A stretch of DNA of 64,000 nt. Origin: a virus. Positions 59,020-64,000 of this stretch are shown here, piece after piece. Position 1 is the first letter of the stretch. Each line of letters begins with the position of its first letter. The notes below the pieces were generated by a model, which was given only the letters and a program-made list of their open reading frames with translations, was not told the origin of the DNA and ran no database searches. The position numbers and the translations under genes were made by a program. Location: positions 76,927 through 140,926 of the IMG/VR virus record IMGVR_UViG_3300021959_000011; one strand, 5' to 3'.

Positions 59020-61494
59020 TTATCCTTCTAATGAAGCAGTTGGTGGTGTAAAGTTTGCGGTGTATCTTGCTAAACCTTTAGTGATACGGAAGTCTTGCAT
59101 ATACCCCCCAAAGTAATTTGAAGTTGTATCATCCTTGCCAATCTGAACAGGTTGACTTGATCCATAATTTCTAGAGTCTGAATACGTTGAACTTGCGGCT
59201 GTACCGTTAAAGTACATTGTAGTTGTTCCAGAGTTTTTAACTATAGCCAAATGTTGCCAAGTATTAAAACTTAAAGTGTCGGTTGGGTAGTAAAATATCC
59301 CACCTGAGAACATTTGAACTCGTCCAGTATTATACATACCAAGGCCAAAACTACCTGTCTCAGTACCCGCACCAACTCGTGTGTCAAATATTGCGTTAAA
59401 CCCACCAGTTTTTGTGCAATACAGCCAAGTCTCGATTGTCCAATCACCTGTACCAAAACCATATGCTTCATCATCTGAAATAGAAATATAATCTCCAGAA
59501 GCATCAAAATACATTGACTTAGTACTAGCAAACTTAGCCTGAGTAGTTGATCCAGTAGTATTACCTACCAGCTTTAAGTTAGCGCCTTGAGATTTATCTA
59601 TAATAGAAGCGTCAGTGCCTTTGATATGTAGTTCTGTGCCAGTTGAAGATAGAGGGGCAGTTGGTGGAGTGAAGCTTGAAGTGTAAACAGCAGATCCTCT
59701 GGTGTACCTAACATCGGATACTTTGCCAAGGCCCATGCGCCACCACCCATCATTACCTATACGAAGATCGGCATTAGTGAGATTAGTACTAAATGCTTCA
59801 GTATTTTGTAAAGATCCGTTCACAAATAATCGTAGATTTGTACCATCATAAGTAATAGCTGCATGATACCAAGTTTTTACCTGTAGCGCCTTATTGCTTG
59901 ATGGTGTCATAAACCAAGAGTCGTTTGCATAAACAGCAAATCCGCCAGCTGAGGGGTTTTGGTACATCAGCCTTACGCCGTCATAATTGTCTGAACCTTT
60001 GAAGGAAATTATAGACTGGTTGTTGCCATTAGAAGTGTTTGGAAATTCATCCCAATACACCCAACATTCAACCGCAAAACTTCCAGACGATGGAGCTGTT
60101 ACTGTAGACTGCACCCAAGCACTTGTGCTGTTTATCACTATGGACCCACCGTGATCAGTTACTGAGTATTCTATGTAGTCGTGTGGTGTATCATTAACTA
60201 TAGATATACCAGAATTTGCTATTGTAAGTGTTTTAGGAGAAGAACTTTTATCTCCATGATAAGGTAATCCGCAACCCAAAAACACAGTTCCAGTTGTAGG
60301 TTCGGCAGCACCATCGGCATACGTTGAATCTGGTTCATATGCATAACCTTTTACTATATGTAAGTCTTTTATATAAGCCTTTAAGTCACTAGTACCGTTT
60401 TGTTCCTCGCCCATTTTGAAATTTTGTGAAGTGTAATTAGTACTATCTGTAAAAGTTGTAGCTTGTGTACCATTAACGAATACTTTATTATTACCTGATC
60501 CATCACGAGTCCAACAGAAATGTTGCCAAACATCTTGACTTGAGGTTGACGTACTACTTAACCAAGTATTTGAATAGGTATAAAAAGTAATATTATTTAC
60601 TGACATCATGACGCCAGGATTAATACCATCATTGGTATCAAATATAGTTCCGAGATATTGATGTAATAATTTCACCCAAACCGAAATTGTAAATGCACCA
60701 GTACCAAACGCAAAATCACTTGAAGGAGATGCGTATAATACATTAGCAGCAGTATCTTCAAAATAAGTAGAATAACCTCTACTTCTGTAAGGGCTGAACG
60801 TACCAGCGTAGGCATCGCCATTTACGGTAATGCTATGATTATTCGAAGATGTATCAGTAATGTTGTTGTTGTCTGACGTACCAGTTGCTGTCGCTAACAG
60901 AGTAGTATATCTACTATTTGCAACTATAAATACAAAATCTAATGTAAACTGAGATTGTGAACCAGACTCACCACCTTGACCATCAGATGCGGCAAACCTT
61001 AAAGTAAAAGTACCAGCGTCTGCAGCGTCTGTGCTTGGTGTAATAGTAAATACATTATTAACATTAGTTACTGTTGTACCCCCAAGCGAACCTGAGATGA
61101 CGCTATGTGACCAAACAATTGGAAATCCTTCTGGGTCAGAAGAACTTAGTGTGACTGTTGTTGGAGTACCATCCGCAGCCAAGTCATATATTGCTGCATT
61201 TCCAGTGATACCACTAGGAGATGCATTTTGTAGTGATGACATTAACCACCACCCACTTAAAAAATAAACATACATCTTATTAACACTAGATACTAATGCC
61301 ATGTCACCGGCACTTGGGGATGATGGCAATAAATCATGCGTGGCAACTACTGTTGTAGATCCTACAGTAGATAAGTCTGCTTCCGTTACCTGTGTCGGAG
61401 TCCAAGTATTCTTCGTAGAATTGTATGTGTAATTCTTGCCACCTACCGTTGCCACCTGGCCATTTGTTGGACTATCTGGAAAATTAATTGCCAT
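59020..61494 (-). CDS. Virion protein with three LamG/concanavalin-like domains
   Basis: FGTG.FTI..W, W.H.A.....G...F.NG, D.RITKG.ARYT.NFTPP repeats. Confidence 0.85.
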   Translation of the reverse strand: MAINFPDSPTNGQVATVGGKNYTYNSTKNTWTPTQVTEADLSTVGSTTVVATHDLLPSSPSAGDMALVSSVNKMYVYFLSGWWLMSSLQNASPSGITGNAAIYDLAADGTPTTVTLSSSDPEGFPIVWSHSVISGSLGGTTVTNVNNVFTITPSTDAADAGTFTLRFAASDGQGGESGSQSQFTLDFVFIVANSRYTTLLATATGTSDNNNITDTSSNNHSITVNGDAYAGTFSPYRSRGYSTYFEDTAANVLYASPSSDFAFGTGAFTISVWVKLLHQYLGTIFDTNDGINPGVMMSVNNITFYTYSNTWLSSTSTSSQDVWQHFCWTRDGSGNNKVFVNGTQATTFTDSTNYTSQNFKMGEEQNGTSDLKAYIKDLHIVKGYAYEPDSTYADGAAEPTTGTVFLGCGLPYHGDKSSSPKTLTIANSGISIVNDTPHDYIEYSVTDHGGSIVINSTSAWVQSTVTAPSSGSFAVECWVYWDEFPNTSNGNNQSIISFKGSDNYDGVRLMYQNPSAGGFAVYANDSWFMTPSSNKALQVKTWYHAAITYDGTNLRLFVNGSLQNTEAFSTNLTNADLRIGNDGWWRMGLGKVSDVRYTRGSAVYTSSFTPPTAPLSSTGTELHIKGTDASIIDKSQGANLKLVGNTTGSTTQAKFASTKSMYFDASGDYISISDDEAYGFGTGDWTIETWLYCTKTGGFNAIFDTRVGAGTETGSFGLGMYNTGRVQMFSGGIFYYPTDTLSFNTWQHLAIVKNSGTTTMYFNGTAASSTYSDSRNYGSSQPVQIGKDDTTSNYFGGYMQDFRITKGLARYTANFTPPTASLEG

Positions 61495-61573
61495 TTATAG
61501 AAATTCCTTTAGTTCTTATTATATATTTAATAAAAAAATTGTGTATGAATACGTCATCTTATTGTTTTTTGCC

Positions 61574-64000
61574 TTAATACCAATCTGAGGGAATAAGTCT
61601 AATATTAGTTCGTGAAAAAGTAAATTGCGAGTCTTGGCCAATACCACTTTGACCAAACATTCCTTCATTATCATGACCCCAATCACCCAAGTACACATAA
61701 TTTTGTGGACCTATCATTGAAAATAAATCTAATCCTGTCTGTTGGCCGCCTTGCGCGTTGCTATAATGCAACACTCGACTACTACTTTTATAGTATGTAT
61801 AAATATTTTCGCCCATCCATCTACCATAATTGTTAGTACTTTTCCAATTTTCATGATTGGAGAGTGGAATTCCATCTGCCCAAGAATGAAGAAAAGTGGA
61901 TCCATGCGGCGAATTGTTGTAGTATTTGTGAAACCAAGGACTCCCAAGAACAAGATGTATAGGATCACCATAAATATCTTCTTCAGTCTGGATTTTATTC
62001 ACTGTAGATAATGTTATATTTGTAACATTTTCCAATGTGCCATTAGTCCAATTTACATTGAAGGTAATTGCACCAGTTGATGAGTCACTTTTCTGCATCA
62101 TGGCTTCACTAAATCCATCATTAACAGAAGTTATAGTATTATTTCGTTCGTTTGGGTTATTTGTAAATACTAATGGAATATTAGAAGGAGAAGTTATAGT
62201 TTGTCTTGCAAACCTATGTACATATCCATTTGGCAATATTACTGAAACATAATAAGCAACATTGCCACCAAAATATTCAAATACTACTTCTCCACCTATT
62301 CCCATAAATGATACTACTGCAAACCTTTGAGTGCCGGTGTTGCCACCTGTATAGCCACTATAACTACTTTGTCTATTTGTCACATCATAAGATGAAATAC
62401 CAGCCCACGGCGCTGAAGTGGATGCTTTTACTTGTTGTAACCAAGGATGCATTCCAATTGCTGCACCTCCACCAGGCCAATTTGCAGCTTGAGTTGGAAC
62501 GCTTGTTGCTCCAGCATGGGCGGTGATATTAGACGCATTTGATGAGTAGTCTGTATTTGGCTGATATACATATGTTGGTTCTGCTTGATTAGTGGCCCCT
62601 TGGCCACCGTGTATAATTGCTGCTCCATCTGCCCTCATAAAACTACAATCATTATCATCTACAGAGACAAGGTGTATTAATCTTCCGTTACCATTACTAG
62701 TATTTGACCAATCAGAAGTTGTACTAGTACTTGAATTACTATTGATAAACATAAAATTTCTATAATTATTATCAATATTTGGTGCGTCACCGTAATCAAA
62801 TGGCGATAATGACCAATTATTATTTGATGAGTTTCTATTTACAAATCCTATAACCGTTTTAGGTGTACTAGATGGGCCAACCAACATATTAAATTTAATA
62901 TATGCACCGTAAGCATATTTTAGTGCATCACCTGTAGCGGAAGTATTATCTGATAATAAATTGGTTCTAAACTCAGGTGCTCCATCGGTATTGGCTGCTA
63001 GGTCAGTATATAACTCTGATGCCCTAGTAACATTTTGTGAATATGTCCACTTGTATGTAGAATTTCTAGTGAAGTAAGTTCCAAACTCATTTAAAACATT
63101 AATAAAAAATGTTCTGGGAGTTGCGTTTCCTGATGTATCACTGGCATTTACAGTAAAGGAATAATTTGTTGTTGCCGTAATACTTGCAGACGTAACATCT
63201 CCAGTGATTAAACCTGTTCCACCACCAAGACTGAGGCCTGGCACTAATGCTCCACTGTTTACTGTATATGATACAAATTGTCCTTCTGGATCAGTTGCAA
63301 CAATCGGCAATGAGACTCCAATTGTATCTTTATATAATGATGAACCAAGTTGTCCAGCGGCAGTAGTCCATATCGGAGACCCTCCAGTTTGGATTGCATC
63401 TGTTGTAGTCGTATTTTGTCCGCCACCTGTTGTTACCTTCAAATCCAACGGACCATCTGCGGCCGTAAATGCCTGAGGTGTCACAGCAGTAAGTTCTCCT
63501 TGAGTTATGACAGAGGTTGTTGATGCATTATATTCATTTCCGCCAGAATCTATGAACGACACTATAGTACCTATATCAAAATTTGTACCGATTATTGTAA
63601 TGCTTGTACCAGTTGTTCCATCGTATGACGTTGGAGAAATTGATGTTATAGTAGGACTAGGATTTGATGCATCTGCACCATCAACGCCATCAGCACCATC
63701 TGCTCCAGAAGGTCCAGAAACACCAATCCATTGTGAACTAGTTCCATCGTTATAGTAGACATACAGAGTACCAGAAGTGGTGTCAAACCATTGATCGCCA
63801 GAATTAGGACTTGTTGGTGCTGTATCTGAAGTTGTTACAGATGAACCCCCACCAACACCATCAGCGCCATCGGCACCATCAGCGCCAGCAGGCCCAGTTG
63901 CTCCTCTAACACTTACCCATTGTGTACTACTTCCATCATTGTAATAAAGATATAATCCACCATTACTAGAGTTCCACCACAAATCACCATCACTTGGTGC
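61574..64000 (-). CDS. Virion fibre protein (5' end outside window)
   Basis: W..S..G.LY.YYNDG.S.QW repeats, GADG collagen-like runs, IPT/Ig-like domains. Confidence 0.8.
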   Translation of the reverse strand, partial: APSDGDLWWNSSNGGLYLYYNDGSSTQWVSVRGATGPAGADGADGADGVGGGSSVTTSDTAPTSPNSGDQWFDTTSGTLYVYYNDGTSSQWIGVSGPSGADGADGVDGADASNPSPTITSISPTSYDGTTGTSITIIGTNFDIGTIVSFIDSGGNEYNASTTSVITQGELTAVTPQAFTAADGPLDLKVTTGGGQNTTTTDAIQTGGSPIWTTAAGQLGSSLYKDTIGVSLPIVATDPEGQFVSYTVNSGALVPGLSLGGGTGLITGDVTSASITATTNYSFTVNASDTSGNATPRTFFINVLNEFGTYFTRNSTYKWTYSQNVTRASELYTDLAANTDGAPEFRTNLLSDNTSATGDALKYAYGAYIKFNMLVGPSSTPKTVIGFVNRNSSNNNWSLSPFDYGDAPNIDNNYRNFMFINSNSSTSTTSDWSNTSNGNGRLIHLVSVDDNDCSFMRADGAAIIHGGQGATNQAEPTYVYQPNTDYSSNASNITAHAGATSVPTQAANWPGGGAAIGMHPWLQQVKASTSAPWAGISSYDVTNRQSSYSGYTGGNTGTQRFAVVSFMGIGGEVVFEYFGGNVAYYVSVILPNGYVHRFARQTITSPSNIPLVFTNNPNERNNTITSVNDGFSEAMMQKSDSSTGAITFNVNWTNGTLENVTNITLSTVNKIQTEEDIYGDPIHLVLGSPWFHKYYNNSPHGSTFLHSWADGIPLSNHENWKSTNNYGRWMGENIYTYYKSSSRVLHYSNAQGGQQTGLDLFSMIGPQNYVYLGDWGHDNEGMFGQSGIGQDSQFTFSRTNIRLIPSDWY

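Noticed and set aside
921-63755. Many short opposite-strand or alternative-frame ORFs in the track (e.g. 1887-2186, 10405-10722, 25833-26267, 38903-39526, 41871-42278)
   Set aside because: They lie inside well-supported genes and read as frame shadows, with no recognisable motifs.
63670-63900. GADG collagen-like repeats as a novel element
   Set aside because: Common linkers in phage fibre proteins.

Overview
AT-rich 64-kb segment of a large T4-like (myovirus-type) phage. It carries gp61 primase, RNase H, DsbA, TATAAATA late promoters and TTGACA-N17-TATAAT-type early promoters. The host is probably a marine alphaproteobacterium, most likely Rhodobacterales. This is inferred from a permuted two-piece tmRNA with tag ANDNFAPVEMAIAA, DUF1127, cytochrome c2-like and aa3 oxidase subunit IV-like genes, and TGATTCG (GANTC) motifs in promoters. 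Layout: (1-5.9 kb) late operon with a holin-like pair, CsgF, CsgG, two curlin-like proteins, FecR and a CHASE2 protein; (6-29 kb) hyperplastic small-ORF region with 4 tRNAs, tmRNA, a manA-like RNA, an unnamed structured RNA, endolysin, GMP reductase and a respiratory/DUF1127 cassette; (29.5-40 kb, + strand) two fibre cassettes; (40-54 kb) nucleotide metabolism, replication and spanins; (54-64 kb) more fibre genes including a third cassette. Most notable: a triplicated four-gene fibre cassette with a type-1-copper motif and a terminal Q-x-W tag; the curli-FecR-CHASE2 late operon; the respiratory cassette; an HTH gene whose 3' end mimics the tmRNA; and GcrA/CcrM-type motifs in early promoters. 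All family assignments come from motif recognition by eye, not database searches.
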